Shown here: positions 1 to 10,914 of the stretch, in pieces
Numbering within the stretch: the first letter of the stretch is position 1
Layout of the letters: every line of letters begins with the position of its first letter
Assembly (NCBI GenBank): GCA_963782115.1
Contig: CAWAIK010000001.1
Span: 672,001-736,000, forward strand
Length of the DNA stretch: 64,000 bases
Origin: an uncultured Verrucomicrobiae bacterium
Lineage (GTDB): Bacteria; Verrucomicrobiota; Verrucomicrobiia; Chthoniobacterales; JAFAMB01
Reading direction: 5' to 3'
The notes under the pieces: generated by a model
Told to the model about the DNA's origin: nothing
What the model saw: the letters and a program-made list of their open reading frames with translations, nothing else
Databases searched by the model: none
Program-made: the position numbers and the translations under genes

Positions 1-1151
1 CTCCCTGGATTGCAGGTTACCTGGACGCGGGAAAACCAGCCCGGTTAGTGGATATTTCCAGAAGATATCGTTACGAAATTCCGCGAGTCATTCGGCCGGA
101 TATTATTCTGACCGACGGCGGGTATGCAATTTCAGAGCTCGACTCGGTGCCTGGGGGGATTGGCCTTACTGGATGGTTGAACCAGACCTATCGCGAACTT
201 GGTTTCGACGTTCTGGGCGGTGGCGATGGAATGATTAACGGGTTTCATTCTATCCTTCCGACAGGGGTAATCGCGGTTTCGAAAGAATCCGAAACCTATC
301 GGCCGGAGATGGAATGGTTGTGCGACCAATTGATCGCCAGACATGGGGAGCGATGGAGAGTGGCGGACGCTGAGACGTGGGATTTTCGAACTCCGGAGCC
401 TCTCTATCGATTCTTTGAAATGTTTGACCTGCCGAACCTTCCCTCCAGAGATGCGTTGATTGAAGCCGCCGAATCAGGCGCTCTCCGCATGACTCCGCCA
501 CTTAAGCCGTATTTGGAGGAGAAGCTTTGGTTCGGTCTCTTCTGGTCGAAACCCCTGCAGAACTTTTGGCGACGCGAATTGCGGGCAAGTCATTGGGCAA
601 AGTTGAAATCTCTGGTTCCTCACACCTGGATCATGGATCCGGCTCCCGTACCGCATCACGCGGTGATCCCGGCGCTGGAAATCCAGGACTGGCGCGAATT
701 GAAGAAGTTCAGTCAACGGCAGCGGGAATTCGTCTTGAAAGTGAGCGGATTTTCGGAATTGGCATGGGGCAGTCGCGGAGTCTTTGTCGGGCAAGATCTT
801 CCCCAAAGGGAATGGTCGGATTGCATCGAACAAGCGATTACTTCCTTTCGGAGCGGTCCTTTTATCCTTCAGAAATTTTTTAAAGGTCGTCTTGTCGAAC
901 AACCGTTTTACAATCCGGCAACCAATTCGATAGAGACCCTGGTGGGGCGAGTCCGTCTTTGTCCCTATTATTTTGTTTTGTCGGAGAACGAAGTCCGTCT
1001 CGGCGGAGCACTAGCTACGATCGTGCCGGCGGACAAAAAAATAGTCCACGGGATGCGCGACGCCATCATGGTTCCGACCGCAGTGGAGTTGCGGAGCAGC
1101 GAGTCTGGGAATCTCGCGAGCCGAAGCGCTCGGGAGATTTCCCGGATCTAG
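1..1151 (+). CDS. Conserved hypothetical protein, ATP-grasp/glutathionylspermidine-synthase-like; 5' end lies outside the window
   Basis: Frame is open from position 3 (PWIAGYLDAGKP...); motifs IRPDIILT, ELDSVPGGIG, FVLKVSGFSELAWGSRGV, ILQKF, RVRLCPYYF resemble ATP-grasp ligases. Confidence 0.6.
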   Translation, partial: PWIAGYLDAGKPARLVDISRRYRYEIPRVIRPDIILTDGGYAISELDSVPGGIGLTGWLNQTYRELGFDVLGGGDGMINGFHSILPTGVIAVSKESETYRPEMEWLCDQLIARHGERWRVADAETWDFRTPEPLYRFFEMFDLPNLPSRDALIEAAESGALRMTPPLKPYLEEKLWFGLFWSKPLQNFWRRELRASHWAKLKSLVPHTWIMDPAPVPHHAVIPALEIQDWRELKKFSQRQREFVLKVSGFSELAWGSRGVFVGQDLPQREWSDCIEQAITSFRSGPFILQKFFKGRLVEQPFYNPATNSIETLVGRVRLCPYYFVLSENEVRLGGALATIVPADKKIVHGMRDAIMVPTAVELRSSESGNLASRSAREISRI

Positions 1152-1166
1152 ATGGCATTGGGATTT

Positions 1167-2204
1167 CTACAGCACAATCTCCACTTCGCTTCTCAGTGCG
1201 ACCGAGTCGGCAACAGCCTGGACAACCCGCATGTACTGCAGACCCTGCGCGAAACTGGGCTGAGGCTCAATGCTCGCCGGGGAACGTGCCGCGGCGATAA
1301 AGTCCTCCTCCACACGCCAAAATTGCTCCAACTCCGACGGTATTTCGATGTCAGCGGCGCCATTTTCTCCCAGTCGCCCTCCGCTGATCCGATCCGAGCT
1401 GAAATCGTAGGTCAGCATCCCCTGACTTCCAAAGACCTGAAGTCGATCCGAATTCTCAAAAGGGGCGACGCCGCTGAATTCCATCACCCCTTCCATCCCG
1501 TTCTCGAACTTGCAAAGAACAATGACCATGTCCGGAATCCGGATTTCGTACCCGTGACGAACGGGGTTAATGGTCTTTTGGCGGGCAAAAACGTGCGTGA
1601 TAGGACCAAACCATCGTTGAACCACCTCGGCATAGATCCCGAGCGTCAGGACGTTTAATCCCGATAGTTCATCGCGTTGTCTCCAATGCGGGGGCGCGTC
1701 CGGATCGATATATGTCCCGGAGAGGCTCTGAAGGCGCAAATGATGAGGCTCCCCGAGATAACCTTCCGCGAGCAGCTTCTGGATGAAAAGGTTCCCGCGC
1801 ATTCCATGAGGGGGCGGGCACACCATCGTGACCAGATGCGGATTCCGTTGGGAGGCCGCAAACATTTCCTCTGCTTCAGAAAGATTCAAAGCCATCCGCG
1901 CCTGCGTGAAGACATGTTTGCCTGCTTCAAGGGCGGAGATCGCGATCGTTGAGTGCAGATAAGGCGGGGTACCTATCCAGACGATATCGATATCCGGGTC
2001 CGCGACCAGTTCGACCCAGTTGGCGTAGGGCGTCGCCTCAGGGATATATTTTTTGCAACACTCCTCCGAGCTTTCGTAGGACGAGTTGCAAACGGCGACG
2101 ATCTCGACGTCCGGGATTTTCTTGAGCGCCGGTAAGTGGCGCTCCTTGACAACGGTCCCGGCGCCGACGATCCCGATCTTCAATTTGATTTGCCGCGATG
2201 CCAT
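1167..2204 (-). CDS. Gfo/Idh/MocA family oxidoreductase
   Basis: N-terminal KIGIVGAG Rossmann motif; DIVWIGTPPYLH and ALEAGKHV motifs. Confidence 0.9.
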   Translation of the reverse strand: MASRQIKLKIGIVGAGTVVKERHLPALKKIPDVEIVAVCNSSYESSEECCKKYIPEATPYANWVELVADPDIDIVWIGTPPYLHSTIAISALEAGKHVFTQARMALNLSEAEEMFAASQRNPHLVTMVCPPPHGMRGNLFIQKLLAEGYLGEPHHLRLQSLSGTYIDPDAPPHWRQRDELSGLNVLTLGIYAEVVQRWFGPITHVFARQKTINPVRHGYEIRIPDMVIVLCKFENGMEGVMEFSGVAPFENSDRLQVFGSQGMLTYDFSSDRISGGRLGENGAADIEIPSELEQFWRVEEDFIAAARSPASIEPQPSFAQGLQYMRVVQAVADSVALRSEVEIVL

Positions 2205-2309
2205 GGCGAAGTTTTTCAGTCAGACAATCTGAATGCCTATTCGTTTAAAACGAAGAAATTTCGAACCAGACTCCGTTTTTCGGAATCCGGTGCCAATGAA
2301 TATCTGCGG

Positions 2310-3503
2310 TTATTGAAAATAATCTTTGGGGTTGATCATGGTGGGCGGGGTACAGATCCGTTGCACGCACTGCTCCCAAGTCTCCTGGCCGTTGAGTATC
2401 TCGATTTCCACCCGCAAATAGTAAATGGGAACCTCGAGCGGATCGATCACCGGAAAACGAACGGCGTCTTTTTCAGTAGTGATGACCGCGCTCACGTCCC
2501 GGCGAACGCATCGTTGCAGAAACTGGCTTAACTCCTTTTCAGCGTAACGATGGTGATCTGCAAAGTGGCGCGACAATTCGATTTTTGCTCCCAGATTCTG
2601 GAGGCCTTCCTCGAAGCTTTCGGGCGCAGCAATCCCGCACAGCGAGCCGATATAGAGCCCTTTGAGGTAATCAAGCGGCAATCGTTCATCCTTGTAGACG
2701 TGCCTGAGATAGAGCGGTCGGTGACGGCACTCGATAATTTCCGCCGTACGATTGTACCGTCGAATTCTCTGAACCAGGTCGTCGTTAGTTTCGCCGTCGC
2801 ACTTTGTGATAAAAATATAGCTTGCCCTTCGAAGGTTTCGCGGTGGTTCGCGCAAAGTGCCGCGCGGCAACAGATGCTCGTTGCCGAAGGGTGCCTGGCG
2901 ATCGATCAGAACGATATCCAGACGGTGTTTAAGGTGAAGATATTGCAAACCGTCATCGAGTAACAGGGTATCCACGTCGAGCTTTTTGAGGGCATGCAAC
3001 CCGGCCTTCACTCGATCCTTATCCACGACGACCGACACTCCCCTGAGGTTCGAGGCGAGCATATACGGTTCGTCGCCTGCCGTCGCTGAGTCCAGCAATA
3101 CGCTCTTTCCGTCAGAAACGACTCTCGGTGGAATTTCCAACCCTTGCGCGAGAAGATGCTCCCACAAACTTTTTTTGCGGCGTCGATCGACGCTCTTGTA
3201 ACCACGGCTCAAAATCGCTACTCGTCGCCCCCCTTTCTGGAGGGCCCTGGCAAATTTTTCGACCACGGGGGTCTTGCCGGTTCCGCCGACTGTCAGGTTG
3301 CCGATACTGATGACGAGACACCCGAGTTGCCGCTCCTTCAGAATTCTATTGCGATAAAGGCAGAGACGGACCTGAACGATCGCGAGATAGAGGAAGGAGA
3401 GAAGTCGAAGCGCGATGCGCAATAGGGTTGCGCGAAAACCGTGCCTCTTATCGAGGATGACTTCGATCGCATATTGTTCAAGCTCATCCAGGCGCCGTCG
3501 CAT
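2310..3503 (-). CDS. lpxK: Tetraacyldisaccharide 4'-kinase
   Basis: [57 protein letters not shown] motifs. Confidence 0.95.
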   Translation of the reverse strand: MRRRLDELEQYAIEVILDKRHGFRATLLRIALRLLSFLYLAIVQVRLCLYRNRILKERQLGCLVISIGNLTVGGTGKTPVVEKFARALQKGGRRVAILSRGYKSVDRRRKKSLWEHLLAQGLEIPPRVVSDGKSVLLDSATAGDEPYMLASNLRGVSVVVDKDRVKAGLHALKKLDVDTLLLDDGLQYLHLKHRLDIVLIDRQAPFGNEHLLPRGTLREPPRNLRRASYIFITKCDGETNDDLVQRIRRYNRTAEIIECRHRPLYLRHVYKDERLPLDYLKGLYIGSLCGIAAPESFEEGLQNLGAKIELSRHFADHHRYAEKELSQFLQRCVRRDVSAVITTEKDAVRFPVIDPLEVPIYYLRVEIEILNGQETWEQCVQRICTPPTMINPKDYFQ

Positions 3504-3514
3504 GCTCTTTTCTT

Positions 3515-4357
3515 CTAGAGGACCCGTGCTCCATCGTTGTCGGCGCTTACAACCAGGATCTTGGCGCGTTCTTCGGGCGCAGCCGCTTCGAGCGCGGAAA
3601 TAACCTCTTTGCCATCCGAGAGCGTAAGGAAGGCTACCGTGGAGCCCGAGCCACTCAGGAATCCTCCTAAAGCACCTGCGTTCGCGGCGGTCCGAAGCAA
3701 TGTGGAAAGAAATGGCACAAATTTTTCACGAAACGGCTGATGAAGCCGATCCACAAAAGCACCACGCAAATGTCCGTATTCCCCTGAAGCTAATGCGGCA
3801 GCGATCAGGCTGGCATTTCCCAGGTTCTCGACCACGTCCTGGCGTGAGAAACTAGCTGGCACCACCGTTCTCGCATGGCCGGTCTTCACTTCAAAATTTG
3901 GGATGAACAACACAAACTTCAGGGCCGGATCGACGTTAAATCGCGCGACCCGGTTGGATGTCTTGGTGACGATCGTAAACCCGCCGAAAAGTGCTGCAGC
4001 GGCGTTGTCCGGATGACCCTCCAATTCCGCGCAAAGAGCGCAAATCTCTTCCTTGGAAAGACCACTTTGGGTGATCCGATCCAACGCTATCAGAATTCCC
4101 AGCCGAATTGTGACACTGCTGCCAAGCCCTCGTGCCTGCGGGACATCACCCTCAATGGAGAAGCTGAACGGGAACCGCGTTTTGCCGGTATGCTTGAAAA
4201 AAAGGGACGCTGCCCGCGACACCATTTCTGGAGCTGGGCCCTCGCTCCGATCAACGTCGATCCTTATCCGATTCCAGAGCTGCAGAGCAATCCCCAGGCA
4301 ATCAAACCCGGGACCCAGGTTTGTCGTCGACGCCGGAACTTGGATAGAAACCGCCAT
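3515..4357 (-). CDS. thrB: Homoserine kinase
   Basis: VPASTTNLGPGFDCLG, PQARGLGSS, EGHPDN, LHQPFR, LSGSGST; ATG at 4357 preferred as start. Confidence 0.93.
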   Translation of the reverse strand: MAVSIQVPASTTNLGPGFDCLGIALQLWNRIRIDVDRSEGPAPEMVSRAASLFFKHTGKTRFPFSFSIEGDVPQARGLGSSVTIRLGILIALDRITQSGLSKEEICALCAELEGHPDNAAAALFGGFTIVTKTSNRVARFNVDPALKFVLFIPNFEVKTGHARTVVPASFSRQDVVENLGNASLIAAALASGEYGHLRGAFVDRLHQPFREKFVPFLSTLLRTAANAGALGGFLSGSGSTVAFLTLSDGKEVISALEAAAPEERAKILVVSADNDGARVL

Positions 4358-4516
4358 AACAAGAAGAACGGCCAAATTGGACCACGGCGAGCGAAGGATC
4401 AACATCAGAGTTACAGGAGTACGGGGGAAGAGCTCTTGAACTTCTGTATTCTGACTTCTGTCTCCTGGTTAAGTATTTGACACCAGCGTCTTCCGAGTCT
4501 CTGGTGTCCCGCCATC

Positions 4517-5296
4517 ATGGCAAAGCAATCCGACTCGCAATTGCTCGCGGTCAGGCCGGACGGCCGCGCGAATGATCAATTGCGGCCTCTCCGTTTCACT
4601 GCCGGGATCGCTCCCAACGCGGATGGGTCTGTTTTGATCGCCACCGGTAATACTCAAGTCATTTGCGCGGCGACGGTGGAGCCGTCCGTCCCACGATGGA
4701 TGAAAGAGCAGGGAGTCGCAGGAGGCTGGATAACGGCCGAGTACTCTATGCTGCCTTATTCAACTTTGACGCGCCGCCCTCGCGACGTCTCAAAAGGGAA
4801 ACTGGACGGGCGAAGTATTGAGATTCAGCGCTTGATCGGACGGGCCCTTCGGGCTGCGGTGGATCTCGACGCCCTCGGAGAGCGGACACTCTGGATCGAT
4901 TGCGATGTTCTGCAGGCCGATGGCGGAACCAGAACAGCGTCCATCACCGGCGCTTCCGTTGCGGTTGCACTGGCGTGCGCTGGTCTGCGAGCGCGCGGAC
5001 AGATTACGCATTGGCCGCTGCGTTGTCTGGTGGCTGCCGTGAGTGTCGGCGCGGTCGATGAACGACTTCTTCTCGATTTGAACTACGAAGAGGATAAGAA
5101 TGCCGCGGTCGATATGAACGTGGTCATGAGCAGCAACGGTGCCTTTGTCGAAGTGCAGGGAGCGGGAGAGGAAGCCACTTTTTCCAGGGACGATCTCGAC
5201 AAGATGATTGGACTCGGGGAAACAGGCATCCAACGGTTGATCACAAGGCAGCGCGAATTGTTGCAATCTTCTGTGGTCGATCTTCCCGAATTTTGA
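4517..5296 (+). CDS. rph: Ribonuclease PH
   Basis: RPDGRA, GWITAEYSMLP, EIQRLIGRALRA, DCDVLQADGGTRTASITG, LDLNYEED. Confidence 0.97.
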   Translation: MAKQSDSQLLAVRPDGRANDQLRPLRFTAGIAPNADGSVLIATGNTQVICAATVEPSVPRWMKEQGVAGGWITAEYSMLPYSTLTRRPRDVSKGKLDGRSIEIQRLIGRALRAAVDLDALGERTLWIDCDVLQADGGTRTASITGASVAVALACAGLRARGQITHWPLRCLVAAVSVGAVDERLLLDLNYEEDKNAAVDMNVVMSSNGAFVEVQGAGEEATFSRDDLDKMIGLGETGIQRLITRQRELLQSSVVDLPEF

Positions 5297-5442
5297 CGGG
5301 TGAATCTAAATCTAAGCCGTCTTTCCTCGCAGGTAGACAGGCGAGTGAGCCAGTCGGTTTCCTATCGGTTTGACCCGCTCGTTCTCCACTCCTCTGCACC
5401 AGCAGTCCTTTCCTTCTGAGCTCCTGACTCCTGCTCCGAGCT

Positions 5443-6399
5443 TCACGCCAGGCAATGCCCCAATATTTTCTCGATCGCCGCTCGATCCAGATTTTTGCCG
5501 ATAAACACCAGCTGGCTCAAACGTGGTTCCTCCTTCTCCCACAGTCGATCCCAGTAGATCGTGAAGCGATTGTTGACTCCGTGAAAAACCGCGCGCCGCG
5601 GTGTCCCTTCGATCCAGAGAATGCCCTTTGAACGGTATACTTTGGACTTTTCGGAGAGTTCCTGCAGTTCCGCCTCCAGCCGTTCGAGCGCGAATGGCCG
5701 GTCGAAGCTAAAAGAAAACGAGGTGATATCCGAGTGATTGCTTTGCTTCAGCTCGTCCAGAAAAGCAGGTGACGCGGAAAGTTTTCGATCCAGATCGAAG
5801 ACGTTCAGATCCAGGAGTTGCTTCAGATTCACGCGCGAGCGCTCGGTGTGAAAGATTCGGGCGTGCGGGTTCAGTTCTAAAATCTGTTGCTCAAGAGCCG
5901 TGACATCCTCGGTACTCACCAGGTCAACCTTGTTGATCAAAATGAAGTCCGCCAAGGCAATCTGTTCCCGGGCAACCTCAGCCTCTCTCAGTTGAGCTGA
6001 GAGGTGTTCGGCATCGACCACCGTAATGATCGAATCAAGGCGAGCATACTGCTGTAGCTGAGGAATATTCAAAAACGTTTGTGCGACCGGCCCGGGATCC
6101 GCTACTCCGGTTGTTTCAATCAGGATGTAATCGAGTTGATCCTTCTTCAGCAACTTCTGAACACCTTTGACAAGGTCTTTCCGCACGGTGCAGCAGACGC
6201 AACCATTGCTTAACTCCACCACATCCTCGGATTGTGTCTCGACAAGTTTTCCATCTATCCCGACTTCGCCAATCTCATTGATGATCACGCCGAACCGGTA
6301 ATCGGTCTGCTCTTCCAGAATGTAATTAAGCAAGGTGGTTTTGCCCGCACCGAGGAATCCGGTGAGCACGCTGACAGGGATCACTTTTCTCGGAATCAT
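5443..6399 (-). CDS. COG0523/CobW-family GTPase (putative metallochaperone)
   Basis: TGFLGAGKTT, NEIGEVGIDG, GCVCC, ETTGVADP, NKVD, YRSKG, LVFIG. Confidence 0.93.
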   Translation of the reverse strand: MIPRKVIPVSVLTGFLGAGKTTLLNYILEEQTDYRFGVIINEIGEVGIDGKLVETQSEDVVELSNGCVCCTVRKDLVKGVQKLLKKDQLDYILIETTGVADPGPVAQTFLNIPQLQQYARLDSIITVVDAEHLSAQLREAEVAREQIALADFILINKVDLVSTEDVTALEQQILELNPHARIFHTERSRVNLKQLLDLNVFDLDRKLSASPAFLDELKQSNHSDITSFSFSFDRPFALERLEAELQELSEKSKVYRSKGILWIEGTPRRAVFHGVNNRFTIYWDRLWEKEEPRLSQLVFIGKNLDRAAIEKILGHCLA

Positions 6400-6441
6400 A
6401 AAAAAAAGAAAAAGAGCGATCCAACGGCAGCCGGATCGCTC
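6400..6441 (-). terminator. Intrinsic terminator after rpmB
   Basis: GAGCGATCC/GGATCGCTC stem (6414-6441) followed by a long T-tract on the minus strand. Confidence 0.65.
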
Positions 6442-6464
6442 CTACAAATAATGCAAAAATCGTT

Positions 6465-6728
6465 TTACACCAAACCGGCCTTCTTCAACGTCTCGAAAGC
6501 ACCGTTCTTGGCGATGGTTTTTAAGGCGCGGGCGCTGAGTTTCACAGTCACAAAGCGACTAAGCTCCGGCACCCAGATCCGTTTCGTCTTCAGGTTCGGA
6601 GTAAACAATCTGGGCGTGTTGGCGGTGACGTGTTGACCGACGCCTCCTTTTTTCTTGGCCATTCCGCGCCTGTGAATCATGTGACCCTTCGAAGGTTTGG
6701 CGCCTGTGATACTGCATTCTCTAGACAT
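6465..6728 (-). CDS. rpmB: 50S ribosomal protein L28
   Basis: MSRECSITG...KKKGGVG...RLFTPNL...LSARALKTI.KNG. Confidence 0.95.
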   Translation of the reverse strand: MSRECSITGAKPSKGHMIHRRGMAKKKGGVGQHVTANTPRLFTPNLKTKRIWVPELSRFVTVKLSARALKTIAKNGAFETLKKAGLV

Positions 6729-6884
6729 AACGGGTCCTCTTGGTGAAGAGCCCGGAAGATCCCACCTTTAACGCCATCGTCAAGGGCGAAATTAAACCTG
6801 CGGATTCGGCTTCCCGGGAAAACTGCAAATTCCAATGTCGCCGCCTCTCGCGCAACAGCGGACCTGTGCTACGGTTGCATTTGA

Positions 6885-8171
6885 ATGAAGCGGAAGGTTC
6901 TCTGCGGCTTTCTGGTCGGATGCGTTTTTCTGGATTTGTTGATCGGTTTCAAGATATTGAATTCGAGCGCCGCAACGGACGATCACGGAATCGACTATGT
7001 GGCAATTGCCGGGTTCACGAGGGCGATCCAGGTGATCAGGCAGGATTATGTGGATCGAAGCGCGGTTTCCTATAAAAAGCTGACCTATGCGGCTCTGCAC
7101 GCGATGCTGCCGCACCTTGATCCGCACAGCCAATTCCTCGAGCCGGAAGATCTCAAAGACAGAGAGGATGAAACTCGAGGTGAATTTGGCGGGTTCGGCT
7201 TTACTATTTCCCGCAAGGATCAATCCGTTACGGTTTTATCGACGATGGAGAACAGTCCCAGCGCGCGAGCGGGCATTCTGCCTGGGGATCAAATTGCCGC
7301 TGTAGGCGGAAAATCCACCCTCAACATGCCGATTGAGGACCTGAACCAACTGCTACGCGGTCAGCCCAATCAACGGCTCACGCTGACGATTTACCGGCCT
7401 TCGACCAAGGAAACGAAGGATTACGAAATGCGACGCGAGATGATCAAGGTCGCGAGCGTGGTGGACGCTAGAATTCTAAATCCGGAAGAGACTGGAGGTA
7501 TCAAAATCGGCTATCTCCGAATCACCGAATTCACGGAACCGACAGCGCGTGACTTGTCTGAAAAGCTTAATTCCCTGCAGGCCGACGGAATGCAGGCGCT
7601 GATTATGGATCTTCGCTTCAATCCGGGCGGTCTTTTGACAAGCGCTGTAGATGTCTGCGGCCTTTTTTTGCCGCCCAGAACGTTGGTTGCCTATACGGAG
7701 GGCCGCGACGCTGCGCAGCGGCGAGAATATTACACGGACGATGCCAACAGGCAGAGGGCGAACTTCCCGATGGCAGTGCTGGCCAATGGATTGAGCGCCA
7801 GTGGCGCTGAAATTGTAGCGGGCGCGCTCAAGGATCTGAAACGGGCGGTCATCGTGGGCGAGACAACTTTTGGGAAAGGTGTTGTCCAGACCCCGATGCC
7901 TCTGCCAGATGGTTCTGCGCTCTGGTTGACGACCGCCAAGTATTACACTCCGGGCAAACAAGTGATTCAGGAAAAAGGCATTGCTCCCGATATCGAATCG
8001 ACGGTAGATACCGAACGAGAACGGGCACTGCTTTTGCGGCAGCGAGGCGGTCTGTTGACCGCAGAAGAGCAGAAACTGGTGCAGGAGACACCCGACACCC
8101 AGCTCGAACGTGCCGTCGATGCGCTTCGCGGTGTGATCATCTACGATCGATACGCCGCTACAGGGAAATAA
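6885..8171 (+). CDS. S41 family C-terminal processing protease (CtpA-like, PDZ)
   Basis: LDPHSQF, PDZ region, DLRFNPGGLL, SASGAEIVAGALKD, GETTFGKG, TTAKYYTP. Confidence 0.93.
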   Translation: MKRKVLCGFLVGCVFLDLLIGFKILNSSAATDDHGIDYVAIAGFTRAIQVIRQDYVDRSAVSYKKLTYAALHAMLPHLDPHSQFLEPEDLKDREDETRGEFGGFGFTISRKDQSVTVLSTMENSPSARAGILPGDQIAAVGGKSTLNMPIEDLNQLLRGQPNQRLTLTIYRPSTKETKDYEMRREMIKVASVVDARILNPEETGGIKIGYLRITEFTEPTARDLSEKLNSLQADGMQALIMDLRFNPGGLLTSAVDVCGLFLPPRTLVAYTEGRDAAQRREYYTDDANRQRANFPMAVLANGLSASGAEIVAGALKDLKRAVIVGETTFGKGVVQTPMPLPDGSALWLTTAKYYTPGKQVIQEKGIAPDIESTVDTERERALLLRQRGGLLTAEEQKLVQETPDTQLERAVDALRGVIIYDRYAATGK

Positions 8172-8314
8172 CCTTGAGTAGCGCACTAAAACGCTAACCG
8201 GCAGTCATTGTGCGATCAGGACTGCGCTACTGCGAATTAATCGCTGCTTCTCTACCAATGCCTTCATGAAATCTCGTGGTGTGCTCAGCGGATTTCTGGA
8301 TTAAAACTGGTTTA

Positions 8315-9298
8315 ATGCACTATCGCAAATTAGGAAAAACGGACTTTAATGTCTCTGAAGTCAGCCTTGGCACGTGGCAGATCGGCGCAGGGTGGGGCAA
8401 CGTATCGGCCACTGATGCGGAGCGCGTATTGCACGCCGCGATTGACCGCGGGATCAATTTCTTCGACACCGCCGATGTCTATGGGGATGGCCGGAGCGAG
8501 GTTATCATCGCCAATGTATTGAGCGAGTCGAAAACACAAGTCTTCGTCGCCACCAAAGCGGGTCGTCGTCTGCAGCCACACACCGCCGATGGATATAATC
8601 GCGAAAATCTTACGGCTTTCGTTGAACGGAGCCTGAAAAATCTACGACGCGATCGACTCGATTTGGTGCAATTGCACTGTCCACCGAACGAAGTCTATTA
8701 TCGGCCGGAAGTATTTGCGGCGCTCGACGAACTGAAGCAAGCCGGCAAAATTCTTCACTACGGTGTCAGCGTGGAAAAGGTGGAGGAAGCACTGAAAGCA
8801 ATCGAATTCCCCGGGATCGCCACCGTGCAAATCATTTTCAACATTTTCCGGCAGCGACCTAAAGACCTGTTTTTCCCGCTCGCACAGCAGCGCGACGTCG
8901 GCATCCTCGTTCGGCTTCCACTTTCCAGCGGTCTGCTGGCCGGGAAGATGACTCGCAAGACCGCATTTGCCGAGGACGATCATCGGAACTTCAATCGAAA
9001 CGGCGAGCAATTCGATCGCGGGGAAACGTTCTCGGGCGTCGATTTCGAAACTGCGCTTGATGCCGTCGATGAAATTCGGCGGGTGGTTCCTGAAGGGGTA
9101 AGCATGGCTGACTTCGCTCTGCGATGGATTCTCGATCATCAGGCTGTCAGCTGCGTGATACCCGGAGCTCGAAACGAGCAACAGGTTATCCAGAACATCG
9201 CCGCTTCCGACCTACCCCCGTTGAAGGAGAACCAGGTCTCTGTTTTAGCGAGGCTTTACGATAAAAAGATTCGCCCGCTCGTCCACCAGCGGTGGTAA
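8315..9298 (+). CDS. Aldo/keto reductase
   Basis: YRKLGKT, SLGTWQIG, FFDTADVYGDGRSE, LDLVQLH, VIPGAR. Confidence 0.93.
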   Translation: MHYRKLGKTDFNVSEVSLGTWQIGAGWGNVSATDAERVLHAAIDRGINFFDTADVYGDGRSEVIIANVLSESKTQVFVATKAGRRLQPHTADGYNRENLTAFVERSLKNLRRDRLDLVQLHCPPNEVYYRPEVFAALDELKQAGKILHYGVSVEKVEEALKAIEFPGIATVQIIFNIFRQRPKDLFFPLAQQRDVGILVRLPLSSGLLAGKMTRKTAFAEDDHRNFNRNGEQFDRGETFSGVDFETALDAVDEIRRVVPEGVSMADFALRWILDHQAVSCVIPGARNEQQVIQNIAASDLPPLKENQVSVLARLYDKKIRPLVHQRW

Positions 9299-9315
9299 GT
9301 AAGTAGTAACCCTGT

Positions 9316-10710
9316 TTACTGGGTTTCCTCTTCCAGGTAGCGGATCCGCTTGTTGATATCGGTATTGATCGAGTGATACGGCTGGGCCAGGTTGCCCGGC
9401 GCAAAAAGGGTTCGCCGAATATGTTCCATATCGTCGTCGCCGACTGCGTCCGTAAAAATTGGCAGCAGGTAGTTGATCCCGAGCCGGGATGGTTTCATTT
9501 GTTTTGGATCGTAAAATTGGGAATACATGCGTCTTGCATGGATATGTCCCCAGCGGTCGCGGAACCGATTCGCATCGTAACCGCTCACCTGGAATCCTTT
9601 GGCGGCGGTGTACTGCAAGATCGAGACAGCGTTGTTGCGACCCTCAAGCAGGAGTTCAACCGCCTTGGCGCCGAGTTGCGCAGCGTAGAATCGATCGAAC
9701 ACGATCGGCCTTCCTCCTCGCTGGGTGTGTCCGACCTTCCTGGTGAAGATCGCCTCGCGAGCCGACTCCCCGCGCCGATAAAGTTGGAAATACCGGTCTC
9801 CGATCATCATTATTAATTTGTGGCGCAGTGCTTCGGCTGCGCCGCTCAGGGCCACATTCCCGGCCGGATCGGTGGTCCTGGTTTCCGCCCCCAGTTCGTT
9901 CCCTTGTTCGTCGACGATGCCTTCACCGCAGACAATAACGACGTTCTTTTGCAGGTCGTAGAGAGTCTTCACACGTTCAACCAAGTGCTCGATGTTCAGC
10001 GGATGTTCAGGCACCAGAATAATGTCCGGGCGCCCGTAGGCCGATCCGAGCGCGATATAACCGGAATGCCGGCCCATGACCTCGATGATGGCGATTCGAC
10101 GATGGCTCTCCGCAGTGGTGCGGATTCGTTCCACGCCGCTGGCTGAGACGTAGACCGCAGTCGCGTAACCCGGCGTGACATAGTTTACGATATAATCCAG
10201 ATCAAAAATCGCCTGCGATTCTCGATGCTCATAGTGGTAGTCGTTCTTTGAATTAGGTTCGTGGACGCGAACCCATTCATTTGGCTCTTCCGGATAGTTC
10301 AGCCCGAGGTCGTTATCAATCGTCTTCGGCGCCAGCACGGTCGGCAGGCGTTCCGCGAGCGGTTGTAGACCGTTCAGCGTGCCGTCTCCGCCCACACAGA
10401 TCAGGCCTTCAATCCGGAGCCGTTCCAAACGGTGCGCAATCAGATCGAGCTCCTCTGTCTTGGTTGGGTCAACGTAATCCCGGGAGGACCCGATCATCGT
10501 GCCACCCTTGGTCGGGTCCATCTCCGGGATCTCTTGGTAGAGCGGATTCAAATGAACGTGTGGGACGCGCGGGTTAAAGAGGCTGTTGAACCCCTTTATC
10601 AGCCCGACAATTTCGATTTTCAACTGATTCGCACGAACGACCGCACCTTGAATCGTGGCATTCATGGTGGGCGTATCACCCCCCGCTGTCAGGATACCAA
10701 TGCGTTTCAT
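9316..10710 (-). CDS. 6-phosphofructokinase family protein
   Basis: GILTAGGDTP, GGTMIGSSR, GGDGT, PKTIDND, TAESH, EVMGRHSG, GHTQRGG. Confidence 0.92.
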   Translation of the reverse strand: MKRIGILTAGGDTPTMNATIQGAVVRANQLKIEIVGLIKGFNSLFNPRVPHVHLNPLYQEIPEMDPTKGGTMIGSSRDYVDPTKTEELDLIAHRLERLRIEGLICVGGDGTLNGLQPLAERLPTVLAPKTIDNDLGLNYPEEPNEWVRVHEPNSKNDYHYEHRESQAIFDLDYIVNYVTPGYATAVYVSASGVERIRTTAESHRRIAIIEVMGRHSGYIALGSAYGRPDIILVPEHPLNIEHLVERVKTLYDLQKNVVIVCGEGIVDEQGNELGAETRTTDPAGNVALSGAAEALRHKLIMMIGDRYFQLYRRGESAREAIFTRKVGHTQRGGRPIVFDRFYAAQLGAKAVELLLEGRNNAVSILQYTAAKGFQVSGYDANRFRDRWGHIHARRMYSQFYDPKQMKPSRLGINYLLPIFTDAVGDDDMEHIRRTLFAPGNLAQPYHSINTDINKRIRYLEEETQ

Positions 10711-10914
10711 AAATGACTGCTTATCTCCTCACCCTCTGGCGGTCCTCCCGCGTTCTCTATTTATTCCGGCTCCCCGCGGTTTCCAAAGCTTTTAAATTTG
10801 CGCATCCGGAAAAGCTCGTTTTTTGATTTAAACCGAACTCCAAACCGGCTATGGTGTTTGGCCTGTACCGGTCGTTCAGGAAGGCCAAATTCTAACACCA
10901 GAAATCATTCAAAT

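Noticed and set aside
4440..4470. TTCTG/CTCCTG short repeats (also near 5412-5440)
   Set aside because: Low-complexity intergenic sequence with no definable element.
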